From Lama glama (Eukaryota), in assembly GCA_028534125.1 (NCBI GenBank), contig CM052818.1, forward strand, positions 47,060,001 to 47,124,000: DNA of 64,000 nt. The letters run 5' to 3'. The notes under the pieces were generated by a model. The model was not told the origin of the DNA and made no database searches. It worked only from the letters and a program-made list of their open reading frames with translations. The translations under genes and the position numbers were made by a program. This document shows, in pieces, positions 14,150-26,636 of the stretch (the first letter of the stretch is position 1; each line of letters begins with the position of its first letter).

Positions 14150-14780
14150 CCCGAATGGTGAAATTTGGCAGAAATTTGATGGAGAACACTTCCATCAAGC
14201 TAGTTCAGTGAGTCCAGCCATGTCAATGACCAGTAACATTTTTTTTAAGAAATTAAAAAAAAACAACCTGACAGTCATGATGGGGTAACTGAGGAAACAA
14301 ACAGAAAACTGGATCAAATACATGAAGCAACGCTGCAAACGTCAGAGAACGAACTACAGAAAATGGAAAGAAGCGAGGTGAACCAGTATCCCTGGATCTC
14401 CGCCTAGTGGCGCTTTCTAGATGGTGTGAGGGGGCTTCCAGGCAGAGGTCCAGGCTCAGGGAGGTGGAGGCGCTGGGGTTGGGGGGACACAGTGCCAGAC
14501 GGGCAGCGGCTGCACAGGGGAGCCGGCCAGGGATTCACATTGCCCTCCCTCGGTTCTCTCGCTGGTTACCAAACCAAATACCCAGAATGTGAAATTCCAT
14601 GATTCCAGGCAAGAAGGACCGGGGAGATGTAAGATGAATGACTCCTAGTGCGCACATGGGACAAGGAGAAGTTCAGGTTCCAACCAGCCGGAGCGGACTG
14701 TCCTCCCTCAGTGTCTGGGGCGCTCAGCAGAGACCCCGCATGTGTCGGGCCCTGGTAGCCAGACTTAACTGGCCCTGGAG
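14150..14780 (+). mobile_element. Old L1M 5'-region fragment
   Basis: A-rich segment (aaaactggatcaaatacatgaagcaac) followed by GC-richer 5'-UTR-like sequence typical of L1MC/MD/ME 5' ends. Confidence 0.45.
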
Positions 14781-14829
14781 CAAGTGCCCCAGAATGTGTG
14801 TTTCAGCTGTTGAGTGTAGGGGTCTACAT

Positions 14830-15360
14830 ATGCTAATTAGATAATTTGTTGTTTGCATTGTTCAAATTTTCAGGGTCTCTACTGCTATTCATGACCGTTC
14901 TTTCCGTTACTGAAGAGCTGTGTGACTTGATTTGCTTTGCTTTCAGCTCTGTGAATTTTTTAAATTAATATATTTTGAAGTTATACTGTTAGGTGTGTTC
15001 AAATTCAGGGTTGTTGTAGCTTCTTTTTGAATTGATCCTGTTATCCCAGGGAAATACACCCCTTTATCTCTGCCGTTTTTAGTATCCCATCAGAGCAGCT
15101 TCCTTTTTATTAGTGTTTGCAGCCTGTTTATTTTTTCCATCTGTTTACTTTTAAACTTGTGTATCCTTATATTTAAAGGATGTCTCTGGTAGGTAGTATA
15201 TATACATATGTACACATATACTTATATATATTTTACTTATACACACACTTATAGTTTTGTAAATTCAGTTTGACAATCTTTGTCTTCTATAGTCTATTAA
15301 TATTTAATAAAATTATTAACGATTTGGCTTTCAATCTTTTATCTTGTTACATAAATCTCT
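14830..15360 (-). mobile_element. L1ME-like fragment
   Basis: tattttgaagttatactgttaggtg, ttgaattgatcctgttatc, tttgacaatctttgtctt. Confidence 0.7.
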
Positions 15361-16539
15361 GTGGCATTTGAGCCAATACCCATATTTGGGTTTATGTACT
15401 AAAGCATTTAGTGTAACCTAACTAATATAGGAGAATAATCTTAAAAAGAAAAAAAAGAAGCAGTAGTTATTCTTTTTGGGCAATGTGTGAAGTGAGATAC
15501 ACCATTATTAAGTGGCATTTTGTTCCTGAGGGTTGATGGGCGAGTACAGTCTCCAGTAAGCGTACTTCTCTTCGCTTTGAAGCCTGCTCCATGCCCCCAG
15601 CACCCCCTGAGCTCCTCCCAGTCCCCTCCAGACAGGGGGAGGCACCTCATTTTCTGCTACCATGTTCATATCTCTCCAATTATTGCGTCTGCTCATTTAC
15701 ATGTCTTGGGGAGACTGTGGGCTTCTCAGTAGGGATCATGTCCTGTGAACTCATATCTCAGCCTCTGACACACAAACAGCTCTTAACTTTTGTTGAATAA
15801 ATGATGCACACATGGTAAGTTTAAGATTAGCCCCAATGGCGTGACTTTAGATGAGAGGACTATCACAGGTCTGCAGTGGCTGGAAGTGGCCATACAAGAT
15901 CCAAGATGGTCCTGCATGTTCCCTTTTCCAAAAGGTTCTAAAGAAATTTGGGTGAAGCCAAGGATGGAACTGGTCTCTTTTATTGACCCAAGCTCACAAG
16001 TGGGGCCTAGAATCAGATCAGTCTCTTCTTTTGTGATGACGGACAGTTCATTTGGGAAAGACGTTTTTCAGAAGCCTGTCCCATTATTTATTAATTTTGG
16101 GTTCTACGAATAGCTTTGAATACAAAATTGCATGTGAAAATCACTGTGTCTGCTATTGAATAATTGACTGATCTGTCACTCACAGCCTCAGAATGAGGGG
16201 TCCTGGCTAATTGCACCTGCGAGCTACTGATTGCACCTGCAAGTAGGCAATTGTGGGGGCACTTTTGCTCTTTCCGTTTAATTGCCTGGGCTGAAATGGA
16301 GAGCACCCTTTACAGGTCAGGTTTATTATCTCATTGTGAGACTTGCAAATATAAGATGACCCCAGAAACAGACGGAGAAAATATATAGTTTTATTTGCTG
16401 CACACCAATTAATGCCAGTCATGTAGTCAACATTCCTACACTTTTCATTCTAGTGAGACTTTTAAGTCTACTGGAGTCAGTCAGTACCCCATGATGTAAC
16501 TTACCACTTCAACATCTAGTTTTGCTATCTTATTATAAC

Positions 16540-16927
16540 ACGTGTTTCCAAAGTGGTTCTCATTCCTAAAACATTTCCATATTCGTATTGTGCTTTGCAG
16601 AAAGCCTTCCGAATGTGTGGTTATTGTAGTTCTGTTGCTTTTGGAGAGGTAGATAAGACCAGCCGTGGGCGTGTGGATGCCCAGGCGAAGTGGTGGAGGA
16701 AGGGTCTGTCCATCGCTGGTCCACACGGGGGTCTCCCAAAGGCGATCCTGGCCCTGAAGCTCCTTGGGGGAGACCTGGCCGTGTCCTGTGTCCTTGCAGT
16801 CTGCCGGCTCCTCTGCCCATTCCCGTTTCCTCCCCCTTCTTTCTTATTAGATGTTACTCCCCAATAAACCTTTTGTTCTTTCAATTTCATCCTGGCATCT
16901 GCTTCCTGAGAATCTCGTTTGCAACCA
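16540..16927 (+). mobile_element. LTR16-like (ERVL) LTR
   Basis: The 3' end ccccaataaaccttttg...catcctggcatctgcttcctgagaatc...gcaac matches LTR16-family termini. Confidence 0.65.
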
Positions 16928-17924
16928 CCATCGGGTAAAGATGAATTAGGAATAGCTCAGGGGATGTTTATTTTATCGGATCCAAGGCTTAGCTCCAAAA
17001 ACAGTTTTCAAGGAACTCTATTTTTCTGTGCAGTTGTGTAAGAACGGCTTCTTTTCTACTTCTTTGTTTTCTTTCTTTTTTCTCTCCACTAATATCTGGG
17101 GATAAGGTATATCAAATAATTTAGAGCAAAAGGACAGAATGTCTTTCTGTAAATTTGGAACCTACATTTCATAAAATTTAATTTTTATTTACATAATAGT
17201 TACAAATGTTGATTGATTGTTAATAATATTACTATTTATAGAGAAAAACTCTTCCAGATATTTCTAAGTGAAATAGACATTGGCTCTAAGTGAGTGCTAA
17301 AAATTTGGGAGAGATGCATATTATTACATAACCAAAGCAATGTGGCTTTCATTATATACAATTTATTCATCTTTCAATAAACTTCTTTGGGATGACTTTT
17401 CGTATTAACTTTTATTAGCATTATTTGATAAAATAGCATTATTTGACAAAAATTGTACTTCCTGCCTTACAGAATCTGCATTATAAATTGTGGCCCATTT
17501 CTTCCTTAGTGTTTCCAAAGTCCCAGTTAATCTTTAATTAATATTAATATTTGGGATCTGAACATGAGAAATTAGAATTCTTGGGAATTCCTGAAATCAT
17601 AAGCTAGGCTGTATTTTTCATGTTTTATTTATTTATTTTTAAATTAATAATAAGTGACCATACTAAACAATGAATGATTTTTATTATAATAGGATTGTAC
17701 TAAAACTTTCAGAAGCTTTCTGCAAACAAAATTTATCATAATAAATATATGGCTTACTATTTTTATCAACTTGTATATTATGATAAGATTATATCTTTTA
17801 ATAACATGTGAAAGTGATCTTTTCTTGATAGAAATATTTGATAATAGGAAACAGTAAAAGAAGAGAACTTTAATACAAAATATATACCAGATAAAAATCA
17901 TTTCAAGATGGAAAAGTACACATT

Positions 17925-18168
17925 ACTATATATAAAATGCACAAATCACAAGGATCTACTAAACAGCACAGGGAACTATATTCAATTTCTTGTAATAAGC
18001 TATAATGGAAATAATCTAAATATATATACGTATATATATGTATAATTGATTCACTTTGTTGTACACCTGAAAATAACATTGTAAATCAGCTACACTTCAA
18101 TAAAATTAAAAAAATTGAAAGTCAGACTGAACAAAAATTTGTAAAATAAAATAAAAAATAAAATAAAG
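17925..18168 (+). mobile_element. Short cetartiodactyl-type L1 3' end
   Basis: agcacagggaactatattcaatttcttgtaataa...gattcactttgttgtacacctgaaa...cttcaataaaa, followed by A-rich tails. Confidence 0.9.
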
Positions 18169-18376
18169 AAATGGAAAGATACTATCTCAACTCTCTAATA
18201 TTTAAAAGTTTCCGTTTTAGAAGTCACACCTAAGGCATCCAGTGCCCTATGTGACTGTCTTGAGTTTTGCTTTGTAACAAATATTCCAGATGTAGGCAGT
18301 TTTCTTCCATTTTGTGTTGAGTTGGGCTAATTATTCTATGTCCAAAAGCACCCTCAATTTGGGCATTATGACTTAC

Positions 18377-18992
18377 TGAGACAGGAAGGGGGCAGGGCAC
18401 AGCCATGCAAGGAATGCTACAGCAGTTAGCATCAAAATGGTGAAAGATTCAACCCCAGGAGGCCTTGAGGCTCAGGATGATGGGAGATTTAACTTCTAGT
18501 GGACCTTGAGCTTCACTGTATGCTTATTGTAATACATTAGCATGGTGAATAACATGCCCACAGGCACCACGGCAGTCCCAAGGTCTAGCGACAAAAGGTC
18601 AAAGAGTGGGAAATGGCCGACTTCCTGGGAATTCCAGCCCCTTCCCCAGGCTAGCCAGACTGGGCCTTCCCCTTATTTGCATATGAAGCCACCAAGCCCA
18701 GAAACACGGACAGCACTGCCCCTCGCCGCTGCTCCCCCTGCCCTTCGGAGACGGTCCGCACTCCGTCTATGGAGTGTGTTCCTACTTTTAATCTGAGCAC
18801 CCACCCCCACACCTCGTGGCCTTTCTCTTGCCTTTCAGCGTATCTCTCTGAATAAATCTCAACTGTGGCTCGCTCTTGGATTCTTTCCTGCGCGAAGCCA
18901 AGGACCCACGCTTGGCGGGGCACGTCCCAGGGGCTCAACCGAGGCCAGGGACACCGCCCTCCTCGCGCCCCACACCTGTTTCTCCTGCATCA
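18377..18992 (+). mobile_element. ERV1-class solo LTR, MER41-like
   Basis: TG...CA termini (616 bp) and AATAAA at 18851-18856. Blocks resembling MER41 are ttgtaatacattagcatg, ctccgtctatggagtg and ttctttcctgcgcgaagccaaggaccc. No clean TSD is visible. Confidence 0.8.
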
Positions 18993-21819
18993 GTGCGTCA
19001 CTAGTTTTCTTGTTCCACAGTGGAAACGTTTTGTCCGTCTGCCCTGATTTTGGTGTTGCTGTCGAAATCACTGTTACTTACGCTAATTCAGACTTTACAT
19101 CAGTTTCTGATTTCATGGAGTCCTCCGCAGCACCGACACTCTCCCTTTGCATTTCTTCTGTTAAAATATTTGCAAAGAATCACAGCCTAGAGCAAATACT
19201 CAAATACTAGAAAACGCCAGAGATACTATTGGGTATAGTTGAATAACGTAACATTCAGATCTCCTGGCGTGGTTCACAGGACCACATACAATCACATGTC
19301 AATGTTGCCAGTTAGTTATTTTTTCTTCCCAAACTTGCCATTTCCTGGCATACTCATAGGATTTGTGTAACGTCTACTCTGGTCTATAAATATATTGCTT
19401 TCTATTTTATTTGCAATAATGACAAGCCATTGGCAGCACAGAAGACCAGAACACACTCCTATAACATGACAACAGCCACAAGCAACACCAGTCGATTACA
19501 TCATGACACTCACCTGCTCCTTGCTGTTGTCCTGGCTTCCAGAAGCTTTGATCTTAACCTTGGACTCCACACATGGCATTTCCTTTTGACTTGAACCAGT
19601 GGCTTCCATTGAACTAATGATGTCTTGCCTGCTAACTCTCTTTCTTGTAGGAAAATTATAATTATTCCTGTTTTCCTATTTTCACAATTGATTTAAAAAA
19701 ATTTTTTTTTTATTTTTAGGATTTGGGATATAGAAGAACATAAATTTCGTGGGCAAAGCAGGGAAGAAATTCTTACATAAAAACACTGGTTGTTATCTCT
19801 GGTTGAATAATGGAATTGGTTGGAAATTCCACTAAAGGAAGACAAGCATTTTTCCGCTTGTGCTCTGCAGTCAGGGAAGGAGTTATTGCGAACACGGGGA
19901 TATTTCTAAACAAGGGGAGTGGTCTTTGTGCCTCTTTGAGCCTCACTGGGTTGTGGCAAGCACAGTGAGTGCCAAAGCAGCTGAGTGTGAAATTCCTGTT
20001 CTTTGTGGTTCACCAGACTCATTAACAACACAATCAGGAGAGTTGGGGCTGGGAAGGGGGTGGGGGTCCAGCAAACTGACAGCACCAGGGAGAGTTGGTG
20101 GCACCAGGAGAGGAGAGAGCAGAGTCAAGTTCCAGGCCCTCCCCAGGACTTCTCCTACTAGAGTCATGCGTGAACATCACTGTCAGAGGCTCACCTGCTG
20201 GGCAGACACCGGGTGATGTTCTGATCGCCAACCTGTGTCTGTATGACTTTTGCTTTTCAGGAAACTGAGGGTCTTTTAATGGAGAAAAGTTTTGGCTCAG
20301 TGAGTCGGATGAATAGATCTCTGAAACAGATATATTTTTATATAAATTGGGTCCTGATGCCTTTTTTTATCATCATTCTGGAGCTGAATGTTATGGGATG
20401 TTTATGATGGATAAACAGATGTAATTTTATACAATTCAAGAGCACCCTACTTTCATAAATTGATAAAATAAACACATATAGAGGAGATAAGGCCAGTATT
20501 CACTTTAAAACATCTTGTTTGCTCATTAATACGAAGTCATTTTTGTCAATACACTGTAATTATGCATCACATGTGTGGGTTGGTAGAATATATATGAGCA
20601 GTAGATTAAATTACCCCCAAATATAATAAGCAAATTTGCCATATATTTTATTAAAGTGATGTAGTGTTTGGAGGTGATGATATGTTTGTGAACATGCGGA
20701 AAGGACTTTTTTTTTTGCTTGAAACTGGTAATTTACTGCTCACTCAAATGCCGTAAATACTGGTTTTGGCCAGGGGTAAAATCATCGAATTTATCTCTGA
20801 GCTAAGCTTCGAATGGAATTTTAGACCAGCAAACATTTATACAGTTGCAAGGTATGGCTTAACTGGTTACTTTTATGAGTTCTCCCCAGCTATAACCTCT
20901 CCATGATGGTAAACCACAAAGCAATGGCCAGTCTCTGGACCAGGATGGGGAGGAGCTGATCTGGTTTTGCCCCAGAACTGCTCAGCTTCGTTACCCCTGT
21001 GCATTTCACCTTGCCTCCCTGGGGCTGATTCTGGTGTCTGGATGTCTCAGGTTCATCCCAGTCCAGAAATCTTGTCATTCTCTGGTCTGAATTATATCCT
21101 GGAGCAAACATATGATGCTCTGGCCAATAAACTTGGGCAATCCCAAGCCTCTCCCATAGATGCTTAAGATGTTACAAGAGGGATAAAGAGACAGACTACA
21201 GCGACGCTGGACCAGGCTGACTTGGGATCGCTTTGAATCTGAGGCACATTCGTGTAAATGACAGATCAGACATTTACAAGTGTGTTTGCTGAACAACTTG
21301 TAAACACTGGCTAGCCCGTCAGTTTGCACCTTGTTTTTCTGGATGATGGGGATCCTGTAAACATGGAGGCCCCTGGAACAGACACCTGCAGTGGCTTCCT
21401 CTCAGCCTTGGCTGTTTCCTGAGGCAGAAGAGCAGAGGCTTGTTTCTTGGCAGTTAATGCCTCCCGCCCTTTCCGATTCTGCCCCCCCAGACAGTGCTGT
21501 TCTTTGTAACAGGGTGTGAGCCGGGGCAGGGAGGGGTGGTCGGCTGGACTGTGGAAGCCGTCAGCCTCTGGGGTCCACAGGAGAAAGACTGAAAATAGAA
21601 CAAGTGCTTTTTTCCAAAAGTCCATTTGTTTTGTGCCAAAACAGTTAGACATGGCTTTTTTTATTTTTAAAGATGATCTCTCAGATAAAGTAATTTCTCT
21701 CTCAGTAATCTCTGCATCCACTCATTCTCTTGATGAGCATTTATTGAGCACCTGCTGAGTACCAGTGCCTCTGTGAGGGGATGACAATGAGGTTCACAGG
21801 GGAGGCGCAGCCCTGCAGC

Positions 21820-22090
21820 AGTGAGTAATTTATGCATGCATGTGGCTGGGCCAGCTTACCCAGATGTTGCTGAGAAGATTTGTTCAGATGAGGTCAACAT
21901 TTAAATCAGCAAATGCTGAGTATAGCAGATAACCTGCCATAATGTGGGTGAGCCTCATCTAATCAGTTGACGGCCTTAAGGGGACAAAGCGTGATCTCCC
22001 ATGAAGAAGAGGGGATTCTGCCTCCAGACTGCAACGTCATCTCCAGGCTGGATCATCAACGCTCCCCTGGGTCTCCAGCCAGGATGTGTG
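21820..22090 (+). mobile_element. MLT2 (ERVL) LTR fragment
   Basis: gatgaggtcaacatttaaatcag, ccataatgtgggtgagcctcatctaatcagttga, gaggggattctgcctccagactgc. Confidence 0.85.
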
Positions 22091-22139
22091 GGTCAGCCTG
22101 GGCTTCTGAGTGTTATAAATAACTGGTCTTCCTCAATAG

Positions 22140-22620
22140 TAACAAAGCTAGCCGTCGTAATTAATAACGAACGTTAATGCAAGACTTGCTCTCTGGTAAG
22201 CACGCTCTGGAAGCTTTACAAGGGTTGGCTGATTTAATCGAAGGAAGTGTAGGAATTGTGCTTATTGCCTTTTAATGGTGAGGAAACTGAGGTACAGAGG
22301 AGTAACGTAACCTCTCCAACCAGTAAATGACTGAACCAGGGATGGTATGCAGGCTGCCTCTCCAACTGCAGAGCTGGTGCCTGGAATGATGCCCCGTGTC
22401 CCCACTGTCCCTGCTCCCCATCTCGCCTCTGCTCCTGCTAACCCTGCAGCCACGCAGCACACCAGGTCCTGTCCCCGTCACATCCATTTCCTCATTTGAT
22501 TCCTGCAAAGATCTCACGAAGTAGGAAAGCCTGCTGGCTCATTCCCCAGCTCATGAGTGAAGAAACTGAGGCTCAGTGTGGCCAGTGCCAGGTTTTGGGG
22601 CCGCTTGTCACTGCACCGCC
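22140..22620 (-). mobile_element. Two MIR fragments
   Basis: gaggaaactgaggtacagag near 22280 and gaagaaactgaggctcag near 22560. Confidence 0.65.
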
Positions 22621-24893
22621 CTTGTCTTCTGGCCAGGCTGGTGCATTTCTCACTGTCCCCTGCTTTTCCCTCCAAGGCTTGCTGTATACACAAGGAGGTT
22701 GAGAAATGGGCAATCTTAGCAACCCAGATGCCCAGGCCCTGATACCACGTGGAGAAGGTAAAGTTGCAGCCAATGGAGTGGACACACTTTTAAAAGTCAC
22801 CCAGTCTCCTCGTGTCTTCTGAGGCTGTGTCTGCCGGGTCTCCCTTTTGGAGAATCCACTTTTCTTGTCTCCACCTGCACGGCTTCCCTTGGTTGGTGGG
22901 TTCAGCTTGAATCCATCCTTCTAGAACCTCCCCTGTCAGCCCCTCCCTTTGTCCTTTCCTTCTGCATCAGGTTTTCTTGGCCGTCTGCCCTATTGCATAA
23001 TTAACTTTTGGCACAGTCTTCATATGCTCTGATACCTACAAAACCTCAGGTGTCTGAGTCTCCTCTCTTCAAGCAGCCTCTGCACGTTTCTGCTCCTTGG
23101 TGGAGCCCAGAGCCGGGCACACAGAAGGCACAGAGTATGTCTGTTGATTTGGTGTGATTTAATATAATTGAAAACACAGGTCAGTCTAATTTGGAAATGA
23201 TCCAATCAGCTCACAGTGCTTCAAAGAGGGGCAGGGTCGGAACCCCCCGTGGGAATCCCGCCAGTCCCCTGCTGTGACGTCCTGGAATTCTTGTCCAAAG
23301 CACAATAGGAATTTTAGTGGGTGCAATAATGACCCTGTGATTCAGAGGTTCAGCTTGAACACAAGTAATTTCCTCAATTCCGTTTCCCACCAGGGAGCAT
23401 TTCCTGGGGAGAACTCAGTTTGTTTTATAACACCTACCTTATTTTGGGCACTTTTTAATTCAACCCTGTGGAGGCAGCCTGAGCTCAAAGCACTTCTCTC
23501 TGTGTCCAGGTTGCTTAAAGAGGCCCCTAATTTCTTTTGCAGCAACTGTTAAAAAAAAAAGGCAAAACTAAAGTCATTGCTACATAACTTGGGAAGTAGG
23601 GCGGGGAGGAAGGATTGAATGGTGCATGTCAATGGCAGAGCACACGACAAAATGACATGCAGGGGACAGTCAGTGACCGTCAGTCTCGGGCCAGTTGGGT
23701 GGCACTTGTAGAGTGACAGAAGGAGAAACAGGGAGGAAAGGAGCCACAAAGTCCCCTGACCACGTGAAGCTGGGCTGCCCTGAGTCCCCAGCGTCCTCAT
23801 CCTAGAAATGCTATAACTTGGGTCAGTGAATTCTTCATCTGACAGTGGGCCTGGATGCCATCAAAACCTTGGAGAAAAGGGACAGAAGCACAGAGAATGG
23901 GCTGGCCTTTTCCTGATGGGGCCAGCCTGGGACTCCTCCCCCACCCCCATCCCGCTCCCAGCCTCAGGCTCCTTCCACTGCCCCAAAGAGGGCCCAGCCC
24001 AGGGGTATCATTTGGCATTAAATGAGCCAACTCCGAGTGCAGATTCAGCCTTCAATGACCTGAAGCCAGGCGGAGAGGGGGAATGATAACACCGGACTCA
24101 CAGGAGCAACGTATGGGTTTTACATGAGCGTTAAGAAGCACTCCGTGATAATGTACTGAGGGCTTTTCTTATTTAATGCTCACAAAATCTTCTGAAAACA
24201 ATCACGTTATTATTTCCACTTTGTAGGTAGGGGTGGAAGTTGGACTGTCACCTGGGTCTCCCTCCGTCCCCACGCACACCTCTCACATAGCACCCGGCTT
24301 TGTTAAAACCCACTCTCCTCCTCCAGGCGGTCAGGTCCCCATTTCTCAGTGAGATGACCGTCCAGCCCATCCTTTCTGGGCATCGGTTACCAGCTGCAAC
24401 CCCTGGACTGGGAGTCCAGTTCACTGAAATTGTGCAGACATCCCTGTCTGTTATGCATCAGGGACCAAGTGCGAAGGGAAGTGGGAGCCACAGAGGGGAC
24501 TGGAGGGGTCTTCTCCTTCGAGGAGTAAATGGTCCTTATGGTGAACTGGGAAATCAATTCCAGGGGACAGACAGAGAACACTTCTGGGAAGAAGCAGCAC
24601 ATGGATCTGTCCTTGAGGAATAGGCAGGGTTTGAACAGAGATGAAGGAGAGATGGAGTGAGAGCTGAGTCCAGGGGAGGGAACAGTGAGTGCACTGTGTA
24701 CAAGACTGTACAAGGGTGCTCTTGACCTGCCCACTCCTTTCCTGCTGATTCGTTGGGGGGGGAATGACAGGGGCTTGTGCTCTGTCATTGAATTAGAACT
24801 GCAGAAGGCGTGAGCGAGAGGTTCAAGGAGCTGAGAGATTCCTTGAATCACCAGGTTATTCACAGACTTTTTTTCTTCTCATGCTCTTCTTTC

Positions 24894-25083
24894 TGTTGCC
24901 GGAGAGTGGGTTCTTGTCTCATCACAGAAAGACTTCAGAAATAAGACATGGAGGTCAGGAAAGTAAGGTGAGGGTTTATTATGTGATAAGATGCTCTCGA
25001 GGGGAGAGTGGGCAGACTCAGGTGAGGACCCGCACTGAGTTTCTTGGGCAAGCTTGTTAGCTGGGATGTAAAAATGAATGGGT
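24894..25083 (-). mobile_element. ERV1-class LTR 3' (R/U5) end, cut by the gap
   Basis: The minus strand reads ...aataaaccctcacc...gaagtctttctgtgatgagacaagaacccactctccggcaaCA; the poly(A) signal is at 24975-24980. Confidence 0.75.
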
Positions 25084-25583
25084 NNNNNNNNNNNNNNNNN
25101 NNNNNNNNNNNNNNNNNNNNNNNNNNNNNNNNNNNNNNNNNNNNNNNNNNNNNNNNNNNNNNNNNNNNNNNNNNNNNNNNNNNNNNNNNNNNNNNNNNNN
25201 NNNNNNNNNNNNNNNNNNNNNNNNNNNNNNNNNNNNNNNNNNNNNNNNNNNNNNNNNNNNNNNNNNNNNNNNNNNNNNNNNNNNNNNNNNNNNNNNNNNN
25301 NNNNNNNNNNNNNNNNNNNNNNNNNNNNNNNNNNNNNNNNNNNNNNNNNNNNNNNNNNNNNNNNNNNNNNNNNNNNNNNNNNNNNNNNNNNNNNNNNNNN
25401 NNNNNNNNNNNNNNNNNNNNNNNNNNNNNNNNNNNNNNNNNNNNNNNNNNNNNNNNNNNNNNNNNNNNNNNNNNNNNNNNNNNNNNNNNNNNNNNNNNNN
25501 NNNNNNNNNNNNNNNNNNNNNNNNNNNNNNNNNNNNNNNNNNNNNNNNNNNNNNNNNNNNNNNNNNNNNNNNNNNNNNNNNNN
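25084..25583. other. Assembly gap, exactly 500 N
   Basis: Run of N. Confidence 0.99.
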
Positions 25584-26507
25584 TTTTTTAACCCTAGGGA
25601 GAGACATTCCATTGGTTTCTGTTTACAAGTTACAGAGAGTTTCATCCCTCTGTGACTTCTGTGGGGAGCAGGGGCAAGATTTGGACACAACATTGCTCCA
25701 TCTGATGGTGCTTGTGGGTGAAATCAGGTTGTCTGTGTTCTTTTCAACAAAGGCATTACTTTTCCCCAAATCTAATCTCAATTTGGATTTGTCCATGGAA
25801 TTCTCATCACCTTGTTTGTTTTTATTCACAAAACTGTTTTTTAAAATGATGTTCGTGGACCATAAATTCCCTTTATCATGTAAAAAGTCTGAAGCCCAGG
25901 TGAGGCTCCGTGCACAGTCCCAGTGGGAGGGTCCACCTGCTTCTTTACATCTCTGTGATGCCTGACAGTCCCTTTCCCTCTTCTCTTCTTTACACACTTT
26001 GGCACGAACAGAATGTTTCTGAGCAGGTGTGTCCTAACCCAGCAGCCTGGGCGTAAGGATGCGTTCGTAAAAACAAGTGAGCAATGAACACGTTCAGTGA
26101 CATACAATTAGATCTCAAAATAGCAACTCTAGATTTTTTAAAATAAAAGGAACCATATCTGATGGAAATGACATGATTCCAAAACCACCTACAGTGTAAC
26201 ATTTCTCCACTAGTCAAAAAAAAAAAAAAACAAAACCAAGATTCAATTAAAGAAGTTTCAGCGAAAATAAACAGAAAGGCATCTGACTTAGGCAGTTGCT
26301 AACCCACACAGAGGAAAACTGACCTGCGAGACAAAAACAGAGGAAGTGACCAGAGGAGGATTTTCTCTTCTCTAGAAACACCTGCATGATGAACGCCAAG
26401 GACTGGGGAAAAAAATGAAATCAGTCACTGAAGTAATCGGCTTTTATCTCTTTACCTTAAAATAACGTGTGCACTGAAATAGAGCTCCAGCAACGGGAGG
26501 CTTTAGT

Positions 26508-26636
26508 CAGTGTGACCGCATGGCCTGGTTTGCTCAGGACAGTCTGTTCTTGCCTCAAAACTTTGCGTGTTTATTCATAGCGTTGCCTTCCATTCATAAA
26601 CGTGTAGCGGCCCGGACATTAAACGTTGGTCTCCAA
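26508..26636. mobile_element. MER96-like hAT MITE
   Basis: gtgtgaccgcatggcctggtttgctcaggacagtc ... ttggtctcc, with degenerate (ggtgacc/ggtcacc)-type termini. Confidence 0.5.

Noticed and set aside
17170..17870. Very AT-rich block with an 18-bp tandem duplication (17416-17451), possibly an old hAT transposon
   Set aside because: No TIRs or diagnostic motif that I can verify; the duplication is ordinary slippage.
24879..25965. 200-295-aa ORFs
   Set aside because: They span the second N gap and are artefacts.
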